Virus record (IMG/VR): IMGVR_UViG_3300050336_000030
Length of the DNA: 64,000 bases
Direction: 5' to 3' (one strand)
Source: a virus
Lineage: Duplodnaviria; Caudoviricetes
A model generated the notes under the pieces. The model worked only from the letters and a program-made list of their open reading frames with translations. It ran no database searches and was not told the DNA's origin. Every line of letters begins with the position of its first letter. The first letter of the stretch is position 1. A program made the translations under genes and the position numbers. Shown here in pieces: positions 51,186-59,983 of the stretch.

Positions 51186-51485
51186 ATGCAAATAGGTGAT
51201 ATTTACAGTGGGTATCCTTACAGTATTATGATATGTAGAATTGGCGATGATTCAGTAGATGTTATACCAATTACGGCAGACAAAAACAAAATAGATAGAC
51301 TAAATAATAATTGCTATTCAGAATTTATGTTAAATAATCGTAAAGAGTACGCTTTATTGCATTTAGTAGAAACGATTGAAAATATCCATTCAACAAAATT
51401 AGATAGTGTTGGGAAAGACATTTATAATCAGATTTTAAATGATTATGCATTTAAGATGTTGGGCGTCAAAATTGTGGTAAAATGA
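51186..51485 (+). CDS. Hypothetical protein with weak PemK/MazF-like pattern
   Basis: GDIY..VDVIPIT; otherwise divergent. Confidence 0.4.
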   Translation: MQIGDIYSGYPYSIMICRIGDDSVDVIPITADKNKIDRLNNNCYSEFMLNNRKEYALLHLVETIENIHSTKLDSVGKDIYNQILNDYAFKMLGVKIVVK

Positions 51486-51511
51486 TTATTTTATAAGGAG
51501 AGTGTTTAACA

Positions 51512-51853
51512 ATGACATATAATTCTGATATCAAAAATGAATATATTAAATTATCAGGGTTTAAACTTGAAACAAAAGAAATACTTTCATATTTATTTAG
51601 TAAATCAGGAGAAATAGAAAGATCACTAGATAAAGATTTATATGAATTTGAGGTATCTGATATAAAAACATTATTAAATGATTTAAAGTTAAAGTCAAGA
51701 GAAACATTAGAAACAGCATGTGTAATGTTTACTAATTATTACGATTGGTATTGGATTGACTATATGAATGTAGATGTTAGCGGAACGGAAAATCCTTTCA
51801 ACGAAGAAATCGTTAAACCAATAATACAAAGAATATATTTAAAAGCGTTATAG
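51512..51853 (+). CDS. Stand-alone N-terminal core-binding domain of an MrpR/integrase-like protein
   Basis: YNSDIKNEYI..LFSKSGEIERSLDKDLYEF..YYDW..NPF; no catalytic domain. Confidence 0.55.
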   Translation: MTYNSDIKNEYIKLSGFKLETKEILSYLFSKSGEIERSLDKDLYEFEVSDIKTLLNDLKLKSRETLETACVMFTNYYDWYWIDYMNVDVSGTENPFNEEIVKPIIQRIYLKAL

Positions 51854-51890
51854 AATGAACAATCTATTCAGATTTTAGGAGGAAATTAAC

Positions 51891-52208
51891 ATGGATATAA
51901 TGAAACTTTATACAAGATTAACTGAAACATACAAAACATTACAAGCAGGTTTAGAGGGAGAATTTGATGGTTATAAAAATACAGATGAACAGCCGGACGC
52001 AAGATTAACAGAAGCTAGTATAAAATTAGAAGACATTATGAATGATTTATTGGATGAAATTACAAATGAAGCAGCCAGTAATTCATTAAAAATTGACATT
52101 GGAGAATGTAACATGAATTATGAATCTGGTAAACTTACAATTCCTAAAAATGAAAAAATTGATAAACTAGATAAAGAACATATAAAATGGGGAACAAAAA
52201 ATAAATAA
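51891..52208 (+). CDS. Hypothetical protein
   Basis: 105 aa with SD AGGAGG. Confidence 0.6.
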   Translation: MDIMKLYTRLTETYKTLQAGLEGEFDGYKNTDEQPDARLTEASIKLEDIMNDLLDEITNEAASNSLKIDIGECNMNYESGKLTIPKNEKIDKLDKEHIKWGTKNK

Positions 52209-52325
52209 TACTCTCCATCGTGACAGCGAAATATGGCTGTAGACGCAAAGTTACACGATGGATTGACATTAATAATAATTAATAGTCATATTATTAATTA
52301 AATAATTATGAAAGGAATTATTATT

Positions 52326-52505
52326 ATGGGAGTTTTAGAATTTATTATTGCACTAATAGTTGCTTTTGGTTCTGTCTTTGTTCTTACTACACTTATAGCT
52401 GTAGGATTTAAAGATGAAACAATAGCCATAATTAATGCAATAAAAGGTAAGGAAACTATTAATACAGAAGAAAATATAATTAGTAAAGATGAAATAGAAA
52501 CATAA
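52326..52505 (+). CDS. Small single-TM protein
   Basis: MGVLEFIIALIVAFGSVFVLTTLIAVG; SD AAAGGA. Confidence 0.6.
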   Translation: MGVLEFIIALIVAFGSVFVLTTLIAVGFKDETIAIINAIKGKETINTEENIISKDEIET

Positions 52506-52506
52506 T

Positions 52507-52578
52507 CTCGACTAGACGAGTATAAACAGGCATTAGGTCTAGTGCGCCACACCTGTAATAACATCAGGTGTGGGTTGT
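52507..52578 (+). ncRNA. Pistol self-cleaving ribozyme
   Basis: CTCG ACTAGA CGAG TATAAACAG GCA TTAGG TCTAGT GCG CCACACCTG..CAGGTGTGG GT TGT; P1, pseudoknot, P2, P3, GCG and the G-U cleavage site are all present. Confidence 0.88.
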
Positions 52579-52634
52579 TAGATTATTAATCAATTAACTG
52601 TCTGTATTGGAAAAATAGAAAGGATGTGAGTTAT

Positions 52635-52748
52635 ATGAAACTATTAAAATTCATGTTAACATGGTTACTAATGATAATAATGGCTATTTTTATGCCAGTG
52701 TTGATGTTAATGAAATATAAAGTAACAGTAGAAGCAGAAAGACAATGA
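52635..52748 (+). CDS. 37-aa hydrophobic peptide
   Basis: SD AAGGATGTGA; MKLLKFMLTWLLMIIMAIFMPVLMLMKYKVTVEAERQ. Confidence 0.55.
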   Translation: MKLLKFMLTWLLMIIMAIFMPVLMLMKYKVTVEAERQ

Positions 52749-52777
52749 ATCAATTCTTTGATTAAGAAGTGATGGTG

Positions 52778-52845
52778 ATATGAAACAATTTAAAAATCTA
52801 TTGACAAATAAATGTAAATTTGGTATAGTAAAGGTAATATGAAAC
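52778..52845 (+). promoter_or_regulatory. sigmaA promoter flanked by two ATATGAAAC boxes
   Basis: TTGACA(52801)-17-TATAGT with extended TG; boxes at 52778 and 52837. Confidence 0.6.
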
Positions 52846-52853
52846 GAACGAAT

Positions 52854-53075
52854 TTAATTTAGAGATTTTGGATCATCACTTATACCGGTAATATAATCAA
52901 GAGATATATTAAAAAATTTAGCAAGTAAGATTAATTTGTTAAGAGTTGGTTCTTTTGTACCAGACAAATAAAATTGCAAACCTCTTACAGATATACCTAT
53001 AGCGTCAGCTAATTCTTGATTAGATATGTTATTTTTTTCTTTTAATTCTTTAAGCCTAGTATTAAAGTTTGCCAT
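52854..53075 (-). CDS. XRE-family repressor
   Basis: RLKELKEKNNISNQELADAIGIS..EP..LAKFFNISLDYITG. Confidence 0.9.
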   Translation of the reverse strand: MANFNTRLKELKEKNNISNQELADAIGISVRGLQFYLSGTKEPTLNKLILLAKFFNISLDYITGISDDPKSLN

Positions 53076-53107
53076 ATAAATTACCTCGAAAATTTTTTAT
53101 TTTATCA

Positions 53108-53164
53108 TTGACATGAACTAAAGTACATGGTATTATATACATATAAACATGAACTATAGTTCAT
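53108..53164 (+). promoter_or_regulatory. Promoter with two palindromic operators
   Basis: TTGACA-17-TATTAT; ATGAACTAAAGTACAT at 53113-53128 and perfect ATGAACTATAGTTCAT at 53149-53164. Confidence 0.75.
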
Positions 53165-53177
53165 AGAAAGGAGTATA

Positions 53178-53384
53178 ATGTTAATATTACGATTAAAAAA
53201 TGAAAGATTGAATAGAAATTTAACACAGGAACAATTAGCAGCAATATTGCAAGTGTCACTTAGAACGTATCAACACTTGGAACATGGAACTAAAAAACCG
53301 TCATGTGATTTAGTTATAAAGTTACAAAATTATTTTAACAAAAATATTCAAGAATTACTAGATAAAGTTGAAGAAGATATCTAG
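53178..53384 (+). CDS. Cro-like XRE HTH protein
   Basis: LKNERLNRNLTQEQLAAILQVSLRTYQHLEHGTKKPS; divergent from the repressor. Confidence 0.88.
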   Translation: MLILRLKNERLNRNLTQEQLAAILQVSLRTYQHLEHGTKKPSCDLVIKLQNYFNKNIQELLDKVEEDI

Positions 53385-53418
53385 TATCTTATATTAATAG
53401 AAAGGATTAGGTGGTGAT

Positions 53419-54534
53419 ATGGAAGTAAGACGTACGAATTATTCATTAAAAAGAATAGTTTCGGATATGAAAAAAGGTAAAATAACATTTGATTTTCCAA
53501 TTCAAAGAGAATCTGGACAATGGGACAAAACGCAACAAGGTTTATTAATTCATAGTATTTTACAAGGATTTATTATTCCCGATGTTTATATCATAAAAGA
53601 AGGATCAACTGAATTTTCTCCATTTTCTGTATTAGATGGTAAACAACGGTTAACAACGGTTTATAATTACTACAATGATAAATTTAAACTTCCAAAAGAT
53701 ATTGAAAATGTGGTAATAATAGATGTTGATTTTACCAATGGTGAACAAAATATTTCAGAAAATAGTTATATAGTTGCTGATAAGAGATTTTCGGAATTAG
53801 ATGGTAAACTAAAAGAAATTTTTTTAGATTTTACGTTTGATGCAAAAATGCTAGTTGGTTTTACAGATGATGAAATTGAAGAACAATTTTACAGATTAAA
53901 CAATGGATGTATTTTTACTAAAGCACAAAAAAGTAATGTTAAACTTGGTACCGTACTTGCTGGAAAATTAAAAGAAATAGAACAAAGTAATTTTTTCAAA
54001 TATAAAGCATTATTTTCATCTGCCCAAAGAAGAAGAGGTGAAATTACAAGTTGTATATTACAAACACTTATGTTATTGATAGGGTATGAATATAGTAATT
54101 TTGGCTCCAGCGAAGTATTTAAATTTGCAGAATGGTACAGTGAAAATTATGATGAAAAACAATTAGAATATTGTAAACAATTGTTTGACAGACTTTATAA
54201 TTTATTGCCTAAAGATGAAATGTCTAAAAAATATTTAAAGAAAATAAATATTCCCATGCAAGTGATGAACTTGGATTATATGGATAGTTTAGATGAATCA
54301 ATATCCGACAAGGAGTATACGGAATTTTTAACAAAGTGGTTTGAGGTATGGATTGAAACATCTGGATACATAGATTTCTGTGGTCAAGGTTCTACTAGTA
54401 AAACAAAAGTTGAGGGAAGATTAACAATAATTGATAAAGAATTAAAAGATTATGTGATAAATAAAACAATTGAAAGGAACGAGAGCAATGGAACAATTAA
54501 AGAGGAAACTGACAGATTTGAAGCCGCATCCTAA
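53419..54534 (+). CDS. DUF262 (ParB/GmrS-like) domain protein
   Basis: PIQR..W..LIHSILQGFIIP..VLDGKQRLTT..FYRLNNG. Confidence 0.85.
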   Translation: MEVRRTNYSLKRIVSDMKKGKITFDFPIQRESGQWDKTQQGLLIHSILQGFIIPDVYIIKEGSTEFSPFSVLDGKQRLTTVYNYYNDKFKLPKDIENVVIIDVDFTNGEQNISENSYIVADKRFSELDGKLKEIFLDFTFDAKMLVGFTDDEIEEQFYRLNNGCIFTKAQKSNVKLGTVLAGKLKEIEQSNFFKYKALFSSAQRRRGEITSCILQTLMLLIGYEYSNFGSSEVFKFAEWYSENYDEKQLEYCKQLFDRLYNLLPKDEMSKKYLKKINIPMQVMNLDYMDSLDESISDKEYTEFLTKWFEVWIETSGYIDFCGQGSTSKTKVEGRLTIIDKELKDYVINKTIERNESNGTIKEETDRFEAAS

Positions 54535-55627
54535 AAACGAAGAGATTTATGGAAGTAATGAAGACGTAAGTGATCTTATTGTTAAAATTCAAAAAAGCGG
54601 TAAAGTATCAACATTCACTATTACCAAAAATAACGTTATTATCGCAGGTCATAGGAGAAGAAAGGCTTGTATGCAATTAGGTATTAAAGAAGTAAACGTT
54701 GAAATTATGGACTTTGATTCTCCAGAAGATGAAGTTGAGTGGTTGATACTTGACAATGCTACTAGAGAAAAAACAGTTGAACAAAAAGGCAGAGAAGCTA
54801 AAACATTATTGGAAGTAGAAAAAGTTAAGGCAGAAAAGAGATTATCAGAACTAGGTGCAACTGGAGGCAGAGGTAAAAAGGGTATGGCAGAACTGCCACA
54901 GGGTTTTGAAAAGGGATTATCCAGAGATTTAACCGCGCAAAAAGTAGGTTTGAAGTCGGGTAGGGAAGTAGAAAGGGCTATTAAAACAGTAGAAATTATT
55001 GATGGATTAAAGGAGGATGGTAAAGATGAAGAGGCTGAGTTGATAAGAGGAGTATTAAATAATCGAAGTGTATCAATAGCAGAAGAATTAGCAAAAAATA
55101 TTGATAATGTTGTAATTCCAGACGAAGAAAAAGAATTAATTAAAACTGGAAAGAAAAGTGCATATTCATATGTTGAAAAAGCAAAACAAAAATTACAACC
55201 ACAAGAAGAAACTAAAGTATGTAAGGTCTGCGGTAAAGAATTATCATTATATAATTTTTATGATGGTAAAAATACTTGTAAAAATTGTTGTGCAGAAGAA
55301 GATAGAAAAAGAAAAGAAAATAGTAGGGTTTTTCGAGATGCTTCTGGTAATGAATTAAAAATTGATCATGAATTATTAAAGGGGGTTGATATGAATGCCA
55401 TAATTGAAAGTATAAAAGGAGATGTAAATCGGAATCCAGAAATCAATTATGAATTAGAATACGAATTATTTAAATCTAATGTAGACGATTTTATATTCGC
55501 AAATAATAAGTTTATAAAAAATAATGAACTATATAATGGTATGTCAAATGATTTACAATTAATGTTTAAAAATGAAGTAAATAAGTTAAGTAATGCTGTT
55601 GAACAATTAAAAAATATTATAAAATAA
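54488..55627 (+). CDS. ParB N-terminal domain protein with HTH and Zn finger
   Basis: LKPHPKNEEIY..IIAGHRRRKA..LDNATRE; CKVCGK..CKNC; ATG after AAAGGA. Confidence 0.8.
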   Translation: MEQLKRKLTDLKPHPKNEEIYGSNEDVSDLIVKIQKSGKVSTFTITKNNVIIAGHRRRKACMQLGIKEVNVEIMDFDSPEDEVEWLILDNATREKTVEQKGREAKTLLEVEKVKAEKRLSELGATGGRGKKGMAELPQGFEKGLSRDLTAQKVGLKSGREVERAIKTVEIIDGLKEDGKDEEAELIRGVLNNRSVSIAEELAKNIDNVVIPDEEKELIKTGKKSAYSYVEKAKQKLQPQEETKVCKVCGKELSLYNFYDGKNTCKNCCAEEDRKRKENSRVFRDASGNELKIDHELLKGVDMNAIIESIKGDVNRNPEINYELEYELFKSNVDDFIFANNKFIKNNELYNGMSNDLQLMFKNEVNKLSNAVEQLKNIIK

Positions 55628-55632
55628 GGAGA

Positions 55633-56505
55633 ATGAAAATTATGAGTACATTAAAAAATTTAATTAAAAACAATAAGGTAGTGGATGGTAATTTGGCACT
55701 TAATAATGTGGTAGATATTACAGATGAACCAGCAGGGACAATTAAAACTATGAAACTTAATACATCAGTGTTAAACTCAACTCAGCCTTATCAACGCGAT
55801 TTAGATCAAAAGAAAATTGCTGTTATTGTATCTAATTTTAATATTCATAAATTTGGTATTATTAAGGTTAGTTATAGAGATGGGGTATATTATGTTTATG
55901 ATGGGCAACATAGATTAGCCGCAATTAAAACCAAAAATGGTGGCAGAGATTGTTTAGTAGAGTGTGAAGTTCACTATGGACTTACATACGAAGATGAAGC
56001 TAGATTGTTTGCGGAACAATATGATGGAGCAACAAAAGTTGATATTGTATATAAGTGGAGGGCTATGTATGAAGGTAGGTTACAGCCTGTATATGAAATA
56101 GTAAACTCATGTAAGAGAATTGGAATTGATATTAATTTTTCAAAATCCAAAACTAACAATCGTATAATTTGTCTTGGTGAATTACAGAAAATGTGGAATA
56201 AACTTAAGGCTGAAGATACTTTAAAAGCCATTAGTTTAATTAAAGAGACTTGGAATGGGGATATGAATTCATTTAACAAGAGTATAGTTGCCGGAATGAA
56301 AGAGTTTTATGCAATTTATAAAGATGAAATTAATGAACAGACTTTTGTTAAGCAATTGAGAAGAATTGAACCTGCTAAGATCGAAGCTCTTGGAAATTCT
56401 GATATGATTACTCGTGGTGATTTAAAATATGCAAAGGTTATTTGGGATGTATATAATAGAAATCTCAGAGAAAATAATCGTTTAGATTATAAGTTTAAAG
56501 GTTAA
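55633..56505 (+). CDS. ParB-like (DUF6551-type) protein
   Basis: YQRDLD..FGIIKVSYRDG..VYDGQHRLAA..EARLF. Confidence 0.75.
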   Translation: MKIMSTLKNLIKNNKVVDGNLALNNVVDITDEPAGTIKTMKLNTSVLNSTQPYQRDLDQKKIAVIVSNFNIHKFGIIKVSYRDGVYYVYDGQHRLAAIKTKNGGRDCLVECEVHYGLTYEDEARLFAEQYDGATKVDIVYKWRAMYEGRLQPVYEIVNSCKRIGIDINFSKSKTNNRIICLGELQKMWNKLKAEDTLKAISLIKETWNGDMNSFNKSIVAGMKEFYAIYKDEINEQTFVKQLRRIEPAKIEALGNSDMITRGDLKYAKVIWDVYNRNLRENNRLDYKFKG

Positions 56506-56655
56506 TTAATTGATAATTAAAAATTACGGCAAAATATCACCGTCAAAGTATCAATTTCGCCGTAATGAATAGCAATATCCTTTGAAAGGATATCCTTATT
56601 TATTATATATCATTATTGATATCCTTTCAAGAATTAAAAATGAGGAGATTACATA

Positions 56656-56937
56656 ATGAACGGAAAAATCCAAAAAGTAATTGATTTATATGAAGCTTCT
56701 TATGATAGATTGACTGGTGTTTGTATATATGTAAATAGTCAAGTTTATGACACGGATTTTACTTCAGTAACATTTTATGAAGATAAATTTCACTTTGAAT
56801 TTGACGAAGATGAATTAGATGATTTTGAAGTAAATATAACTGAAATAGTGGATATAAAATTTGATAAAGTTTCAGGAATGGTTGTTTCCATTTTAGAATT
56901 ATTTAATGGAGATGTAATATTAATATTTAATTTATAG
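56656..56937 (+). CDS. Hypothetical acidic protein
   Basis: 93 aa with SD GAGGAG. Confidence 0.6.
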   Translation: MNGKIQKVIDLYEASYDRLTGVCIYVNSQVYDTDFTSVTFYEDKFHFEFDEDELDDFEVNITEIVDIKFDKVSGMVVSILELFNGDVILIFNL

Positions 56938-57022
56938 TAATAAGTCTCCGGTGTTAGAGATAGCATCGGAGATATAATCGGAAACATATAAGTAATATGA
57001 AACAATGAAAGGAGCGATAAAT

Positions 57023-57565
57023 ATGTATGTATTAACTAACGGAACATGCTATTATAATAAAACAGATACAAATAAAATAGTAAAAGTTACAAATATTAAC
57101 GATGCGTTTATATTTGATACAGAAGAACAGGCAAACAAAGAAATTAAGAGAGCTCCAGCAAAATTAAAAAACTATAAACTCAAAGAAATCTTTGAGGTAG
57201 CCCCACAGTCACATAAGATATGTAAACGAAAATCGTTTGGTACAGGAACCAGAAAAGCAGTTTACAGAAAGTCCAAAGGTCATTGTTGCTTGTGCGGTGA
57301 ATTTGTTGATTATGATGATTTTACAGTGGATCACATCATTCCGTTAGCAAAGGGTGGTACTAATGATATTGATAATTTACAATGCGCTTGCAAAGTATGT
57401 AATAACATTAAAACTGACGTTTTACCAAATGAATTTATTGATAAGATTACAGAAATGATTATTCATAATATGAACAATAAATATAATAAGAAAATAGGAA
57501 ATAAAATTATTAAGATGATAATAACAGCTAATGTACATAGATTAATTAAAAGAAAATCTAGTTAA
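57023..57565 (+). CDS. HNH endonuclease
   Basis: CCLCG..TVDHIIPLAKGGTNDIDNLQCACKVCNNIK. Confidence 0.9.
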   Translation: MYVLTNGTCYYNKTDTNKIVKVTNINDAFIFDTEEQANKEIKRAPAKLKNYKLKEIFEVAPQSHKICKRKSFGTGTRKAVYRKSKGHCCLCGEFVDYDDFTVDHIIPLAKGGTNDIDNLQCACKVCNNIKTDVLPNEFIDKITEMIIHNMNNKYNKKIGNKIIKMIITANVHRLIKRKSS

Positions 57566-57599
57566 AATACTTATTTGATACATAGAAAGGAGAATTAAT

Positions 57600-57773
57600 A
57601 TGTTTGATTGTGAAAATGAAATGTGCTGCTATACATGTTTAAGTGGTGAATATGTTAAAGACAATGATTTAGGATATAAAGTATTATGTCATGAAGATGA
57701 TGAGTATAGAGAACCAGATGAAGTTTGTTTGAAATTTAAAGATCATCAACAATATAAAAATACTATTTTGTAA
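57600..57773 (+). CDS. Small Cys-rich protein
   Basis: SD AAAGGAG; MFDCENEMCCYTC.. Confidence 0.5.
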   Translation: MFDCENEMCCYTCLSGEYVKDNDLGYKVLCHEDDEYREPDEVCLKFKDHQQYKNTIL

Positions 57774-57911
57774 AGAAAGGAATATGAAATGTATGTCAGG
57801 ACTGAAGTTATTAATAAATATAGTAAATGAAATATTTTTCTCCAAGAAAAGAGCGAATGATTTATATAATAAAAATCAAGAAAGGAAAAGAAAGTTAGGT
57901 TTAATAAAATA

Positions 57912-58139
57912 ATGAAAATGCAGGAATTAAGATTAAATGATACGGAAAGATATAAGAAATTTGTTGCACTTAAAATAATAGGGGTTACGGTAGAAAGAGT
58001 TAATAAAAAGCTGGTGATATCAATAGAAAATTACCCTAATGCAGATAAATATATGGATACTACTTTTGATACTGTAGATGATATCCTAATGGCATTTAAA
58101 GATGAATTTATGAAACAGAAAATTAAATTAGCAGCTTAG
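57912..58139 (+). CDS. Hypothetical protein
   Basis: 75 aa ORF. Confidence 0.5.
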   Translation: MKMQELRLNDTERYKKFVALKIIGVTVERVNKKLVISIENYPNADKYMDTTFDTVDDILMAFKDEFMKQKIKLAA

Positions 58140-58157
58140 TAAAGGAGATGTGAAACC

Positions 58158-58307
58158 ATGACAGGAATATTCAAACTATTATTTTTACCTATATTAAAAT
58201 TTATGGAGTATGATAGCTACGTTAAAACACGTGATAGACTTGATAATGATCCGTATAATACGATTAAGAGTGACAAGTGGAAACGAGAACGTGGAATGTT
58301 AAAGTGA
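58158..58307 (+). CDS. Hypothetical 49-aa protein
   Basis: SD AAAGGAG; MTGIFKLLFLPILKF.. Confidence 0.5.
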   Translation: MTGIFKLLFLPILKFMEYDSYVKTRDRLDNDPYNTIKSDKWKRERGMLK

Positions 58308-58320
58308 AAGGGTGATAATT

Positions 58321-59298
58321 ATGTGTTACAAAGACGAGGTTCAAAGAGAATCTATTGAAAAATTAGAAGAAAAATTAGTCAATGTACCGGAGTTTATACA
58401 GAATTATTTTACATTCTTGAACAGTGCTAAGTCTAAAGTCGTATATTGGAGTAATATTCGTTCTTTTTTAGAATGGCTTATTGAACAAAAGGTTATTAAA
58501 AATACAGTAGAATATATTGTAGTTGACGATTTAAAGAATGTAAATGATATTCATATAGTTAAATATTTAGATGGTAGATTAGCAGGTATGTATGGAGAAA
58601 AAATATCTCTCAATACTGCAAATAATAAAATGAATTACATTAGAGGGTTTTGGAGTTACTTACTTGAAAATGATTATGTTCCGAAGAATATAGCAACAAA
58701 AAGAGTTGCTAATAAATACAAAGTAAAAATAGACAAAGAAGTAGAAGTTCCTACTGATGAAGAAGTTGAACAATTTTTAAGCAATCTTGAAAGTATTAAG
58801 AGTGAAATAATAGCAGTTAGAAATATAGCAATCGTTAAGTTATTTATGGGTAGCGGAATTCGTATTGAAGAACTTGTTGGATTGGACATCAATGATTTAC
58901 ATTTAGATGGTAATGAACCATATATTTCTATAATGCGTAAAGGTGAACAACATACAAAAAAAGATTTAGATATAAGTCAATCAGCAGTGGAAGCTATTAA
59001 TGACTATTTAAAAATAAGAAATTTGAATTCTGAATTAAAAGACATGGAACCTTTGTTTTTATCTGAAAGAAAAGATAGATTAGCTCAAAACTCAATTCAA
59101 AAATTCTTTGAAACGTACAGTAATGGAATGATCCATCCTCATATGCTCCGGCATTACGCAGGTACTAAAATGTATGAAAGCAATCATGATATTGTGGGAG
59201 TAAGTGAACAGTTAGGTCATGGAGATATTAATACAACTAAAAAGTATTATGTTAAGTCTGACAAGAGTTCTATTAGGGCTGCATTAAATAGTATTTGA
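58321..59298 (+). CDS. XerC/D-like tyrosine recombinase
   Basis: SGIRIEELVGL, RKG, HPHMLRHYAGT, QLGH..TTKKYY. Confidence 0.92.
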   Translation: MCYKDEVQRESIEKLEEKLVNVPEFIQNYFTFLNSAKSKVVYWSNIRSFLEWLIEQKVIKNTVEYIVVDDLKNVNDIHIVKYLDGRLAGMYGEKISLNTANNKMNYIRGFWSYLLENDYVPKNIATKRVANKYKVKIDKEVEVPTDEEVEQFLSNLESIKSEIIAVRNIAIVKLFMGSGIRIEELVGLDINDLHLDGNEPYISIMRKGEQHTKKDLDISQSAVEAINDYLKIRNLNSELKDMEPLFLSERKDRLAQNSIQKFFETYSNGMIHPHMLRHYAGTKMYESNHDIVGVSEQLGHGDINTTKKYYVKSDKSSIRAALNSI

Positions 59299-59353
59299 TT
59301 AAACAGGATTATTTGAATGTCTACAATTTGTATGATATAATTACAGTAATTAT

Positions 59354-59641
59354 TTGGTAGAAGAAATGTTTTTAAAACAGAGATTTTATAGTGATATGAA
59401 AGGAAAATTTGTGATGGATGATATAAAACAAATGAAAAATAAATGCCATCAAGTTTTTGATTCCTACTGGGCGAAACAATTAAAGGGGACAGATAAGAAA
59501 CACATTAGAAATGTCAGGAAAAGAGCTTACATTAGATTAACAACTGAAATGAGATTGCCTGATAAAAGATATAGCCATTTTAGTAAAATGAATGACTTAC
59601 AAACACTGAATAAGGCTTATGCAATTATAATACAATGGTAA
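59354..59641 (+). CDS. Hypothetical protein (DUF3268 C-terminal-like)
   Basis: CHQVFDSYW..RKRAYIRL..HFSKM; start uncertain. Confidence 0.45.
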   Translation: MVEEMFLKQRFYSDMKGKFVMDDIKQMKNKCHQVFDSYWAKQLKGTDKKHIRNVRKRAYIRLTTEMRLPDKRYSHFSKMNDLQTLNKAYAIIIQW

Positions 59642-59677
59642 ATATAAACATTATTTCATGTAGAAAGAGAGGATGTT

Positions 59678-59983
59678 ATGTATAAAGTAACGTATTTAGA
59701 TGAAAACAGAAAAGGATTTTCAAATACAGAGCCTTGGATATTAGACGAATTTGAAAATATTAATATAGCGAACAGTGAAGCTGATCGGCTCATTGAAGAA
59801 GGATATAAAGATGTGAAAGTAATACCTGTTAAATTAATTACTTGGCAGTGTTTAAAAAAGCTAAATAATGAAGAATTGTTAAATTTAGTAACAGATATTA
59901 ATAACGGCACTAGTTATACAGTAGATGGATATGAAGATATTTATCCTACTGATGAAGAAATTTTAGATTATGCAGGAGTATAA
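59678..59983 (+). CDS. Hypothetical protein
   Basis: 101 aa with SD GAGGA. Confidence 0.6.
   Translation: MYKVTYLDENRKGFSNTEPWILDEFENINIANSEADRLIEEGYKDVKVIPVKLITWQCLKKLNNEELLNLVTDINNGTSYTVDGYEDIYPTDEEILDYAGV

Noticed and set aside
52214-52262. GACGCAAAG as a c-di-GMP-I riboswitch
   Set aside because: Lacks the upstream GCAAAC/GNRA hairpin and the downstream receptor stem.
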